A stretch of DNA of 64,000 bases from Chrysomallon squamiferum (taxonomy: Eukaryota > Animalia > Mollusca): the NCBI GenBank assembly GCA_012295275.1, contig CM022665.1, positions 25,358,001 to 25,422,000 of the forward strand. Direction: 5' to 3'. Position 1 is the first letter of the stretch, and each line of letters opens with the position of its first letter. The position numbers and the translations under genes are program-made. The notes under the pieces are model-generated. The model ran no database searches. It was not told the origin of the DNA and was given only the letters and a program-made list of their open reading frames with translations. Positions 1 to 60,300 of the stretch are shown piece after piece.

Positions 1-265
1 GAAAAAAACTCTTCACTTTCTATAATTGATATGTTACAAATGTTGAAGATTTAAAGACGTTTTTGTTGGTATCCACTTCAATTAGCGTTTCGCAGGAAGC
101 GACTGAAGAATTAAACTTTTCACAACCTGTCTCCGTTTGCAGAAATTCTGATCGATATATTAATGAGTGGTGCGATGGAAAATCCCTTCGTGGAAGATAG
201 AAACATTAACCAAACCTCCTCACTTTAAATTTTTAGCTTTTTCTCTTTTTTTTTTTTTTTTTCTT

Positions 266-299
<34 letters not shown>

Positions 300-646
300 G
301 CATTGTGTACTCTCTTTAATGAAGTAACAGAAAGTTGAGTAAATGGGATGGCAGTAAATGTATTCTGTTATTAAAAACTTAATTGCTTATGTAACGTAAT
401 TATTCGCGATGTTAAAAGATCATAGACGATGACCTTTCAGCAAAATTCATCTTCTACAGTATCCTCATTACTGTAATACAGTCTCATGACTGAAAACTGT
501 AATAATAATAATGTATGATATGGTAATAGTTTTTCATGCAATTTGTTTCGAATAATATTTTTTTATAGTTTAACATCTGTATAATACCTGTTTACATATT
601 TTTTATTCTTTTTTATTATTTGGTCATTACGTATATATAAACATTT

Positions 647-650
<4 letters not shown>

Positions 651-682
<32 letters not shown>
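651..682. repeat. (TA)n microsatellite
   Basis: Uninterrupted AT dinucleotide run. Confidence 0.9.
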
Positions 683-688
<6 letters not shown>

Positions 689-1446
689 GTTCGTACGTAC
701 ACACACTCACGCACGCACATAAGAAAACGTACAAATACGCACCTGCATATAAAACAATTATAAATCGACCTCTGAAAAGAATATAAAAAAATATATATTT
801 TAATCTTTGAAATATGTTTTATTAGTTTTATTGTTTATTTTTCACCAGTGAAAATAGTTACACAACTAAATATTTTATTTTTATTTTTTCATAAAATCTT
901 TACTGAATATAGAATTATTTATTGATAGGAATATTGCAATAGATAACTGGTATAAACCATTATGATACGTATTTACACTGGCTGTATTAACGATATTCAG
1001 TTTCAATAAACCTCAAATGAAATATAACTTAGAAATATTCATTTACTGATACGCATCTTAATTTCCTTAGAAAGTAATATGTAGTAACATATCTTAGGAT
1101 ATTACATTACACATTATTATAATGGATTAATAACACCGGTTAGTTCATTTCTATAGCGATTATACAAATTATTTTTATTTATAAAATGGCGCTTTAACCT
1201 ATAAAAAACAACAATAATGAGTATTAGAATTCAGATTAAATTCTTCAGTTTCGAGAGCCGAGACAATAAATGAACTGAGAAAAACATTTATTTTCACACA
1301 TTACAATTAATGAAATGTTTCTAAAGTGCAGTATTTTTCATTAATTTTTTTTTTTTTTTTTAAAGAAATGCCTGTTAACTAAAAAGAAGGCAATTGTGTT
1401 TTAATTAATATTGGAAATCGATTGAAAACAATCAGAAATGGTGGGT

Positions 1447-1452
<6 letters not shown>

Positions 1453-1486
<34 letters not shown>
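1453..1486. repeat. (TA)n microsatellite
   Basis: Uninterrupted TA dinucleotide run. Confidence 0.9.
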
Positions 1487-1488
<2 letters not shown>

Positions 1489-2119
1489 CTTTTATTCTAC
1501 TATTGTTTTGGTGATGATGGTCACTGAGATAATGATAATGAACATTATCCTGATCACCATTATCATCGTCATTATCATTATCATCATGATCATCATCGTA
1601 ATCAACACTCCATTGTCGATCTAATTTACAATAATTTAGTCCGCATGGGTGTGCTATCTGAAATGAATCCAATTAAAACATTTGTAATGTGAAACGTACG
1701 CTATTCCACAACAAAGATTAGCAAATACCGTTGCATTGTACGTGAACATGACAATAGTGTAACAGAATATTCCTAGTTAGCCAAAAGCATGATAAATTTA
1801 CCAAACTTTGTACTGAATACACCGATTAACATCACAATAAGCGCGTTTAAATTGTAAGTGAAGCAACGCCTATCCTGTCACGTTTTTATCTCTTTGCTAC
1901 TGCACTGCTATTTTATACTGATTGCTATTGATAAGCAATAAATCCTTTGAGACTGTTTTAATTTTGAGCAATTTGTGCTAACTACACCAGTAGTTAGAAC
2001 AATGGAAATGGCGTGCGAGCAAATAGACGTGAGATAATAACACAAAACTGAGGTGCGCGGTTTTCACTGACAGTGACCGGTCTATCAAAAATACGCAGAC
2101 GTTCTGTTTTTTTATTATT

Positions 2120-2150
<31 letters not shown>

Positions 2151-2232
2151 TCTGTTGGTCCTTATTCAAATACCTTCTACATCTTTGTGAGGCAATCGAC
2201 ATTTTTTGTATGTGTCAATTAATTGTTGTTTT

Positions 2233-2269
<37 letters not shown>

Positions 2270-2454
2270 AAGATTCTGTTTCTAGGTTTTCGGTGGATCC
2301 TGTATCCGTGGGAGTAATTCAGAATGTTTAAATCATTCTAAATCATTCAGTTTTAGTGCAGTTTTTTAGTCTAGAAAATTCGATATCTTTGTTTTGGACT
2401 CAATGAACTGAAATTTGAATCGTTTATTGACTTTAACAAGTCCTCTGCTATCTT

Positions 2455-2530
2455 GTTATTATCTTCCTCGTTATCTTCATCTTCATCTTCTTTCTTCCTC
2501 TTTTTCTTCTTCTTCTTCTTCCTCTTTTTC
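2455..2530. repeat. Imperfect (TCT/CTT)n trinucleotide tract
   Basis: atcttcctcgttatcttcatcttcatcttctttcttcctctttttcttcttcttcttc. Confidence 0.75.
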
Positions 2531-3305
2531 TTAACCAACGACGAATGTTTTGTTCCAGCCAATACAAGACCTAGTCTGTCTGTTCGTGACCTTGTTCGAA
2601 GATTAGTGCCAGATTATATCAGCTCCTCCGGTGTGATTAGTAGATTAATAATAGTATGACTGAGGCGGATAAAAGTACATAGACTGCTCTACAAAACTGT
2701 ATTTAGTTTACTGAGTCACTGTACAATTTTTTATTTATTTATTTATTTTTATTTTTTATTTTTTATTTTTTTGAAATCATCTCCTATAGTACATTAAAAT
2801 CATAATGGAGAACACAATTATAAAACAAAATTAAATTTGGAAGGACCTCTCGTAGACTTTATTTAACTCGTATACAGCTCCCCAGACTGATGTTCCATGC
2901 GACCCTGATCTGCGTCCTGTAGTTTATCTATATACTTTGTGGCTTTTTAAACAAGATAAAAATTAGAAAGTATTGCTTCAAGTCCCTGGTATTCATAGAT
3001 ATTTCTTATTCACTCTTTTCATGGCCACTCTTTTCTTGTTAGTGTCTTCTTCTTTTTTTACGGTCTTTTGGTTTTTCATTATATAATAATGTCTATTTAA
3101 TGTACTCTATCCATTTATCAGTTTATCTGAATATATATATCTGTCTGTCTTTCTAAATAGCTTTAGACAATATAGAGAGGTAGTCAGATAGAGACAGACA
3201 TATAGATAAAAAGAGAGAGATAGATATCTGTTTATCAGTAGGTATACTGGACTTTGTGTCTGTTACTGTTCATCATTGTATTATTTATTTGTTATTGTTT
3301 TTTAT

Positions 3306-3346
<41 letters not shown>

Positions 3347-3756
3347 TTTTTTATTTTTTTTTTGTTATTCTTTTTGGGGACAGTTTCAGATCTTAAACAG
3401 TTCGATATCCTCGTATAAACAAAATACAGTATGACGTCAAATAAAAATAAAAGTAGCATTTATTCCATGTTATTTATCAAGTAAATTGAATTGTTTCAGT
3501 GCACAATTATCTTGTTACGATTTCCTTTTGGTGACCAGACAGGCAAGAAAGATTTAATATACAAGTTATCTCATGAGAGTTGTCTCACACTGGCCTACTC
3601 CATCTTACTGACAGCTTTCCGTTATTGGAAGAGAAAAGATTAATTTTTTTTAATAATATTACTTTGAAGAGAGACGAGGGAAACAACAAATAGAGATGCA
3701 ACAAAACATATTTAAACAAGAAGAAGTATAACATATTCCTCACGAATGATAATTAT

Positions 3757-3778
3757 CACACACACACACACACACACA
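3757..3778. repeat. (CA)n microsatellite
   Basis: CA dinucleotide run. Confidence 0.85.
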
Positions 3779-4062
3779 GGGAAAAAGCTATTAATGTCAC
3801 ATTTTTGTCAGATGGAACTGTTAACATTTCCTTTTAAAATATGTATTACTGCCGAGTAGTTCAAATATCTGTTTTCCAGTCTAGCATATGTTCAAAGAAT
3901 GGTTTTTCTAACGTCATTGTATGTACTTCATATATTTGTGAATATAAAATTTTCGTAGCTCCTGATCGATAAAACTGTCTTCTTACTTTTTCTATTTAAA
4001 GTTTAATTTTAACATTATACTGTGAAAGTTTACACTAAATATTTTCAATCTTAAAGATATAT

Positions 4063-4143
4063 GTGTGTGTGTCTTGTGTGTTTGTGTGTGTGTGTGGGTG
4101 TGTGTGTTTGTGTGTGTGTGTGTGTGTGTATGTATCTGTTTGT

Positions 4144-4177
<34 letters not shown>

Positions 4178-4192
4178 TCATATATATATATA
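4063..4192. repeat. Imperfect (TG)n microsatellite followed by (TA)n
   Basis: A long interrupted TG run that generates the spurious VCVC/HTHT ORFs. Confidence 0.9.
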
Positions 4193-4721
4193 TCTTGTGA
4201 GTATGTTTGTGGGCGTGTTGGACTTTTGTCATGATTTAGTGATTAGCATAGAAATGTTTACAGTTTATTTCAGATATATTTTTGCTTCTTTTTTGTACCT
4301 GTTCACAAATTTGGAAGTTATTTACATCACTGAAAGCATCAAAATTAAACTCAGAGATGTAATATCAGTTCATATCTTCAGCAAAGAAATATCGAATGAA
4401 ATTAATGCCAGTTCTGGTAATAATACTTAATAAGCACTGCATCAATTATCTAAAGGATAGAAATATGATATATGAATGATATATAATACTAGAAACTGAT
4501 TTCGGTCTTTATGTGACTTTTCTATCGATTTTAAATGAAAATTGATTGCTTTTACTAAAAAAAAAAAAAAAAAAAAAAAAAAATTATATTATTACTAGTA
4601 GTATAATTTTTGAAAGGGTTACAATTGTTACTTGAAATATGTAGGTGCGGGGTTTTTTATTGTTGTTTTTATTTATTTATTTTATTGGGAGGGAGTATTT
4701 TGGGGAGAGGTTGTTTTCTTC

Positions 4722-4752
<31 letters not shown>

Positions 4753-7700
4753 CACACATTTTTTCCCCATATGTTATACAAATTTTTTATTATGTTGATC
4801 TGTTATGAAATGAAATTAAATGTTTTAAGGAGTAGTTGCTGATGTTAATGATGAAGACGATGGATGTTGATGTTTCATTCAAGACAATACAAAATTTGAG
4901 TCTTGTTAAATATTTTCCACTAAGTATTACCTATCAATCTATTCCGTTATTCTTTGTGTCTTTTAGTGTCTTTTTCAGTATATGGTCATATTCTTTAAAC
5001 GTACTCTCGCTTAAAGCGGTAAACAAACCAAAAACATATGAAACCATCATCAGTTTCCTACGCTCAACAAAGGAAAGCACAGAAGATGGATAACGTTCGC
5101 TTAAATTATTATTGCTATGAGTGACTGAAACAGTTTGTTTGTTGTCGGTTTTCTTCTGGTTTTTTGTTATCGTTGTTTTGTTCTTTCAGTATAAGTATTT
5201 TTATTATCAAGTTGGTCTGAGCTAAATATGTAAATGAAAGCGTTTGGCAAAAACAAATTATTAACAAAAATTAAGATTTTCTGTATGTTTATATTTCTAT
5301 CTCTTTCCCACACGCACGCGCGCACCCACACATATTTTTATCTGGGGAGGTTCTTTCACAATATGTTTCGTTGAAACTAATAAAAAAAATAGTAATAAAC
5401 AAAAAAATGTTAAGAAATGCTAGGTAATTTGAAGATTTTTTGCTTCCTTATGATTATTCAATTTATTTTTACCAACAATCCTCACAAATCGAATTTTATT
5501 AACCATAACCCACGAAGGTTAAATTATATTTTAATTTAATACATGTAGATGTATATACTCAGGCGCACACAAACATATAAACCACTACACACACATACAC
5601 ATGTAAATACACATATATACATATATATATACATACACACATACATATACACACTACATATTGATCTAATTGTATTTACATGCATACACATCTATAACAC
5701 ACGTTTGATTTTGTTACGATTAAAAGATAATGGTGTTTTCTTGTAACTGTGTTGTTTTATTTATAATTTAACTTCTTTATTATGAGCATGCCAATGACGT
5801 TTAAAAAAAGAAATGAAAAAAAAAATTAAAATATAAAAACACTTTTGCTTTTAAAAATGTAAGCTGCTACATTGTTCTTTACTCTGTGACAACGAATCTA
5901 CATAGATTCACAGTGGAATCTTTTTGCGAGTCAGCCATTTGCTTTGTCGTTCATTTCCGCAAATTATATCATAACAAAAAAACTAAATATGAAATTTAAT
6001 ACTATTAAAATGCAACAGAAGCTGGCGAATCAAAGTGTTTTCTGCCTGAAACTAGATCAGAGTTGTAAATGATTTGTACTATTCTCATAAAAACAGAAAA
6101 CAACAAAAATACCGTTTGTTCAAGAAAGAAGCAGCATTTTTAGATGACATAAATTTTATTTGTGGTTATGTTACATGTAATAAAAGTCCAGTGTCTTAGT
6201 TATAACAATTCAGTATAACATAAACCAACAAAGGTCAAGGTTGGTGGATTAACTGCTTGTATTGTGTTTGCGAGTTAATGCCGTAAGATCCGGTAAATGG
6301 CATTCAGAATACAGTTATGTTTATAGGTGACGAATCCATTTGTTTCTGATGTTTATGTTGTTTCTCTGATACATTTCGTTTCTTTGTCAGGTGCCTCAGA
6401 ACTGAGAAATAAAAGTACAAGCAAATAATACTAACAATAACAACAACAATAACAACAATAATAATAATAGTAATAGTAATAGTAATAGTAAGAAATAAAG
6501 AAATGTGTGGGTTTTTTGGGGGGGGAGTTGTTACTTTTCACCGGTGAAGGTAATAGACTGTATAATGTTTCCTTTGATTTTCAGTGAACATTAAATAAAA
6601 ATTAATTACTACAGACTGCTATAAACTTGTGGAGCTACTAAAGTATAAAATTAAGAATAATTTATTTACTTTTCATGGCCATAGTTACTGATTCGTGGAG
6701 TTGTTGACTAAAGTAATAATTTAAAGTTTGAAAAGTAAAAATTAAAATGGCCGGTATTTCTACTGCTGTACATTTGATTTAGGTTCGTAGAAACCAAACA
6801 AAATCCTCTTTCTGCCATTTCGTCGCCGTGTTTGTCAGCCGTTCCTCTTACCCTCACGTTTATTACTGCTTCGAGGAAATACGTGATTTAATTCCATCTT
6901 GTTATCACGTCAACGCCTTTTTTACAGACAGTTCAATTACCGTCTTCATCAGTGAGGCCACGTTAATACCATTTTGATTTACACCAGAAGCATATTTAGT
7001 TTTAGATTTCAGCAGGTCCATTTAAAATTTTAGATGATTCCCCACTAATGTTAGAGAAGCTTTAATTGAACCTTATTCAAAAGCTGCCAAAAAAATAAAA
7101 AATAAAAATATTTTAAAAAAAACGAGCATGTTTAGTTGACGTGTTAATTATATGATGACTTCATACAAAAAGGATTTTCCAGCTTCATTATTATTAATTT
7201 AATTTAACCATTTATTTGCTACTTATTCTTTTTTATTTATTTATTTATTTATTTATTTATTGCTGTTGCTGATGTAGTAACGATGGGTGGTGGTCATAGC
7301 AGAGCAAAAACTAGATTAGAAACGTTTCTCCAGCTTAAATTTAGTACGACAAAATGTAGCGTCTAGCCAGTAGTTATTCTCTCTCCTTCTAAAACATTTT
7401 AACATTTTCAAAATGTTATTAACAAAATAGATTTGATATTTGATACATGGCCCTAATACCGCATGATGATTTAATAGTATTTGTTTCATTTATATTTAAT
7501 TAACTGTAAAGATAAAAAGCTAAAATTTTAGTAGTATATCTAATTTTTTTCATTTTTAATTTTTATTCATTTTATCAAAAAGGTTTTCTACGAACTTTAA
7601 TCTGATTAGTATTATTTTTTTTTTTTTCATCGCATCCCTTTTATTTCAGATAGACTAACGGTCAATTAGAAATTTGATTTTTAATAAAACAAAAATAACA

Positions 7701-8800
7701 CACACTTGCTATTTCTATTTCAGATCATTAAAATTTTATTTTATTTTTATGACAAATAAATAATAATTGTACTCATCTCTCACATATGAATAATTATGTG
7801 ATTTAGAATAAAGAAAATATAATAATAATCTCAGTAATAATAATAATAATAATAAGCATATTTGGATAACAAAACAAAGAAAGAGCATACGTACTTCAGT
7901 CATGTTACTTTACTATTTAATTCGACATGAGGTTAGATTTTCCAGTATACATATGTTGAATATTTTATTGGTTTGTAGTGGGATCAGTATATACAAATAA
8001 TCAGCTCTAATTCATTACACTAAACTAAATCTACTATAACTTTTAGGAAATTTGCGTATTTCAAATAACTAAGCCTTTAATAAATATTTAATGGAGTGAT
8101 TATACTCCTGCTACTGTTATGGTGTGTATTATTGTAATGTGGTGTGATATAAACAAATATATACGTATAAATGATAGCCCTATTTACAAAAGTCTAAAAT
8201 TTAAAATATTGTAACAAACGTGTGTGTAATTATAGCAATTTAATATAAACGTTGGAGGTGTTTCATTTCCCAGCAATGAAAAACCTTTAATGTTAAAAAT
8301 AATAATGGTATTTTCTCCCTTTACCTTCTGTTTTTCTTCTCTTTTTTTTTTTTTTTTTTTTTTTCCTTTTTTTTTTTTTTTTTTTTTTTGCGATTATCTA
8401 TGATTTTATCACAGCCTCTTAAAACTATTATTTTCAGTACAAATGTGTGAGCACATCTGTTTGAGCGTCCATGTGCATATTATTTTGTAAAGAAGCCTAG
8501 CACATATATTCTATAAAGGATTAAATAGTTGAAGGTTTTTTCCGCGTTAACTCAGTCAGTATAGACATTTTAAAATTGTCGGAATTTTGTTTGAATACGT
8601 AATTTCAGAGATCCAAACTTCACCAAAGACTTAGCAGTTTGAATATCTAGATTTAATAATGTTACAATTAATACAATGCTTGTTTTACTATAAGAGAAAA
8701 TAAAATAAAATAAGTAATACTACTACTAATAATAATTTAATGATATAAGTGAATGGCTCGTAATAATTATAAATTTTAATAAAATGCTACTTTGTTTTTT

Positions 8801-8880
8801 CTCTCCCGCTGACGTGGTCGAGGGGAGATAATTTCGATTGATGATCTCATAGGAAGTGACGTGCGATGTCATAAACCTAG
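8801..8880 (+). promoter_or_regulatory. Probable DYNC1H1 proximal promoter with CRE-like and ETS-CRE motifs
   Basis: CpG-enriched relative to the background, 80-160 bp upstream of the ATG. Contains TGACGTGG (8810-8817) and GGAAGTGACGT (8852-8862). Confidence 0.5.
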
Positions 8881-8961
8881 TGCCCGGATAAATCTTACTC
8901 ATTGTGAAGTGACTACCTTTTCGTACATTTTTCAGCTAGAAAGCTGCAATTCAGTGCAGCT

Positions 8962-55329
<46,368 letters not shown>

Positions 55330-56320
55330 ATGTTTGAAGACTTCAGAAACTTAAAACTTCTAATAAATTCTGCTGTTAGAAAATGTGGACATTTATATTA
55401 GACTGCTTTTGTGATGTCCCTCTCAATTTTTGGCACTCCTATAAAAACAGGAGTTTTATTTGCTTTACTTTGGATTTAAGCTTGTTTAATATTGTTTTCT
55501 AATTACCTTATTTGCATTGTGCAGTTACTTTATGGTCGAGACTAATACATATTATAAAATGTGCTTGGATTAGCACTATAAATTACGGAACTCTTAAGAC
55601 TGGAATAAAATGTAAAATAATGAAAAAAGATGGGATTGCCTTTATTTAAAGGATCCATTTTGACAAACATAATGAAAGATGACAAATGTTTTATGATTAT
55701 TAGCCAGCTTGATAATTTTTTATTGATTTTAATTTTATGTCAAGGTGATTGGTATTGAATTCTGTATAGTTTCATCTTCAGCTTCAATAATGTTTTCTTT
55801 GAGTGGTTCATAATTGTTATTTCAGCATGTTTACATCAATAAATGGGGATGGTTTGTTTGGATTTTTTTTTAAATTTTGCTTATTTTAGAAAGGTATTTT
55901 GTATATTTTTCAAGAGATGTGATGGAGATTTTGACAGACTTACTTTTTTCAGTGCATAAAGATTATGTAAGTTAAATGTACAAGTTTTTAGCTTTCCAAC
56001 GTAATGTTAATAAAAGGACTAATAAATCAGTGTAAACAGATTGTTGAGTAAGAAAATGCTTGTATAATTCGGATTTTAACTTGAAATTATGAACTTCAGA
56101 AAATTGTTGACCAGCTCTTTGTACTTGTCTCTAATTAAGTTTATATTTACTTAATGTATTTTGTGTTCTTACCTATATGTTTTGTCTTTGCTTGCTTTTT
56201 GTAGACAATTTAGAAAAATAAAACAGTAGCTTCAAATAATGGTGTGTACTTTTTTTTTTTTTTTTTGTTTATATTTATTTATTTATTTATTTATTTATTA
56301 TTGCAACCTTACAATAAAAG
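55330..56320 (+). other. DYNC1H1 3' UTR with several candidate AATAAA polyadenylation signals
   Basis: AATAAA occurs near 55604, 55838, 56009, 56021, 56217 and 56313. The 56217 site is followed by GT/T-rich sequence. Confidence 0.45.
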
Positions 56321-57355
56321 GTGCATATAATTAAAATTTGATTCTGTTTTCTCAATTTCCAAATGTTCCAAATGCTAACTCAATATTTCAATATTTTTTA
56401 CTAACGAATAAAAACTGAAAATGTTGATTAAATCAAAAAAAGCATACATCCACTGAAGGTTCAAGAATATTGATCTTCTGTTATCTTCAAAAATGCAAAA
56501 TACAAGACAGTAAAGTCACTAGCACACAGTTCAGTAATTAGTTATTTACCCCACTTTTAACTGATATGATATAACTTGCTTTTTATTTTCTTCACAATTT
56601 ACAGAAAAAAATATAAGTTACCTGTAACAAACGATAGGTTAATATTACTCATCTTGTGTGTGATGTTTTGGAAGTGGGGTGGGGGGTCACCATCTTCCTC
56701 ATTAAAAGGAAAATCTAAATTGTACATTATAACAAATACAATAACATACTGTGTTTTTAGAAATAAAAATATACCAGTTTTAGACATTTAGTTTGACAGG
56801 TTATGAAGCATGGTTTCTTGCTTGCTCACTATGATAAAAATATACGGTTATAACAAACCTGCAGTTTTACTTTCAGAGCAGTTACCTTAAGATTTCTAAA
56901 ACATTTGTTTTTAAATAAGTTACTGAATGAAATAAATATGAATAATTAAACTGATGAACGTAAAAATAAAAAAAAGGGGTTTTGGTGAGTTTTTTGTTTG
57001 TTTGTTTGTTTGTTTGTTTTTTGGCAATTTTTTATATACGTATACTTTTTGTGGAGATGCCCATGCCAAAGTTTATCATGATGCATTTAATTTATGCTGA
57101 TAACTGCATGTCCTGTCTTGACATGCCACCTCGTAAAACAAACTGCTGCCGTGTCTGAACTTGAAAATAATGTTTAATATGGCAGAAATTGCTTCCCTTG
57201 AATATACAGATTTGTCCTTTGCACAAATTGACCAATGAGAGAAAAGCGGCATCATGAAAATACAAAATGGAGGAATAAACGCAACTTTCTGTTTGGTGGT
57301 ACCGATTTATGTAAACATGAATTTAATTTCAGTCTGGTCACAGTGAATTTATAAT

Positions 57356-60300
57356 ATGAAAAAAGAAATGGAGTGGAATCAAACATTAAGGAAATATTTA
57401 AGTTCTAAACAAGGTGCATTTATGTTTATTGGCTCGGTTTAAGCCTGTTGCGTGCATGGATTATGAAAAGTTAGAATAATAATAACTTGTTAAGAGTGAT
57501 ATAAAATGATATAAAATACTTTCATATTAGACGTAAATATTTTTAAATAAATTTTATTTGTTTCTTTTTTAACTCAGTTAAACGAATGCCAGTTGTATAA
57601 CCTATAAAATGTATTTATACTATGAAAGAACGTATTAAAACTACATATAATACTATTAGTATTATTACAGTTTAATAAAGTGATTTAATACATTTCGATC
57701 CAAAGTAGGACACAGTCAATCGAGTGACAGTTAAACTATTGCATTAACTTTCAGAAGCTGAACACCAAATAATTTTACAGTATCGTATCTCAATTCGTTT
57801 TTTAAATAATTTAAATCTTTTTATCGATTTTCTTAAGCAGGATGTTACTTTTTTCTCTCTCTCTTTTGGTTACTTGTAAAGGTTCTGTGGTTGTGAAAAT
57901 TGCAGTTCTATTAAATTATAAATAGTAAATAGCATATCAGTTTCAGTGTACAAAATAATTTTTGAAAATGAAACATAGCTTTCATCATATTACATAATTT
58001 AACAGAAACTATATTAGAGACTTGTTGAATATTTAAAAAATATATATATATACATACATATTCTTTATGCTAAGCTGTTAAAGAGTATTAATCCATTGAC
58101 AGGTTAGACTTATCATGTAGTAAATATTTATTTAATAAACTCTCAAGCTGAACAAAATAAATCAACACAAATTTTCTCATCAGCAACAGGTCAGAAAGAT
58201 TATCATTCTTAATATCAAATTTCTTCTGACAGACAGTTCCTGGAATTCTGTCAATAAAATGACCCAAAACTCTGAAGTAATTAGTATGTATATAATCTTG
58301 TTTTAAGAATGTTGCTGAAAATATTTTAAAGTAAAAAAATAATTTCAAATTTCAAAGGTATATTATTATCATGGAAAAAAATATAGGGTTGCTGATTACC
58401 AAATATGAATGAAAATAATTATAATAAATATTTAAAATATATAATGTAACACTATCAAAACACCATTAAATTGCAGTTCAAAGTTTAACAACTGAGATCC
58501 AGACTGAGGAAGATATATTCACAGATTATTACAAAAAATTCAAAGGACTTGATGATGATTTCAAGAACGTTCCCAGTTTATATGTAAAGGTAAAATAATT
58601 TGTACATATTTTGTTTTATAAAAACCCTTTTAGTTATTAATAATATTATTATTACTTTTTTTTAATGTAAAATAGATATTTTCTAGTACATTTCAAGTAT
58701 ATCACTGTATGTTGTATCAAACTGTAATTTAGTAGGTTCAGAACTAGAATATTTTTATGCACCATGTTATTGTTGGTTATTTCTTTAATTGTTATGTGCA
58801 TTTATAGAATTTTATATATCTGTCCATCTACATTACTAACAATCTGAAAAATGTATTAATAAATAAAGGCTTAAAAGGCATTTTATGTGATTCCAGAATT
58901 GTTGAAAATGGGTGAAGATTCTTTACTGAATTAAAGTGTTAAAAATTAATTATTAGTTTTAAAATTGTGTTCTGGGGTTAAGTGCCTTATAATACTGAGT
59001 TAAGTTTTAAAAGATTAGTTCCTATAGTTAGTATTTTATAGTTGTGTAACTTGTATGTTGGAAATGTCTGTTTGGATTTGTTTACATAGCTAAAATATTA
59101 AAAGTTATTAAATGTATTTTTAGCTTCCAACAGAAGATGAACCTATTTTGTTGAAACTGAGAGAAGAATCGAGGTAAAAAGCAACATGATAAGTAGATTG
59201 TAAGAGCGTGTGTGTGTGTATATTTTCATGTTCTGTTACCTTCAGTTTAATTCAGGTTCAGTAATGGAGTTTATTACAAATTATTTTAATGATTTTTATT
59301 TTATAATTTTCACATAAGAATGTTTTATCTAAATAAAATCTTTTTATTAACTGCTGATTTTTAAAGATATATTATTAAAGTTATTTCATATGTGTGAAGA
59401 AAATGTCTAATTACATTAATCAAAGGATGACTTTCTGCTACCAAGGTTATTATAGTGTATTCTTTTAATTTATGTTTTTGTGTGCAGCTGTTTATTTATT
59501 AAAGTTTTTAATTATTTTTTTTCAATTGTTCCAGAGCATTGTTTTTGCAAAGAAGAAGCCGAGAACTTTTAGATAATGATGAATTACAAGTATGTATTTA
59601 CATAATGCAAAACTGACATTCAATTTGATTTAGATACTTACTTTTAAAGAAAACTTAAATTTATATATATTTGATTCGTGCTGTTTTTATTTATTTTTTA
59701 AATGAAATTTTATATATTTCTGTTTTTGTTTTTGTTGATGATTCCTTTAATATGTTTTCTTTTTATAATTTGTTTTTTTATATTATTATTTTTTTATTTT
59801 TTTTACTCAGAAATTGTGGCATTTGTTAGACAAGCATCACACACAACCTCTGTTTGGAGATGAACAAATGATAAATTATGGGGATTTTGTGAAGGTTGGA
59901 GAAGAAGCTGGATATAAATGTCGGTGAGTTGTTTGTTGTTTTGCATTATTTTTGGTTCAGTATATATTTATTAATAAATGTTAAGCACAAAAGACTTTTC
60001 AAATTGTTATGTGTAATCTATATTATCTTCTTATTTTGTTTTATTTATTATCTATTAAAAACCTCTTCTAGAATTATGTTATTGTTTTATTTATTTTAAT
60101 TTTTTTTTTTTTTTTTTGGTTGTTTGTTTTTTCTGTTATAGTTATTACTTTTCAGATGAATAATGTATTGGGTTGTTTTGGTGTTATTCGCAGGCCTTTC
60201 TTCAGGGCTGTAGTGTTTGGGAAATTACTGCAGACAGATCCTTATGGCCGAATCTCAATCATGCAGTTTTTCAATTATGTCATGAGAAAGGTCTGGTTAC

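Noticed and set aside
1451-5746. Short ORFs rich in D/H, K, VC, TH or F repeats
   Set aside because: They are translations of microsatellites and homopolymer runs, with no recognisable domain or exon chain.
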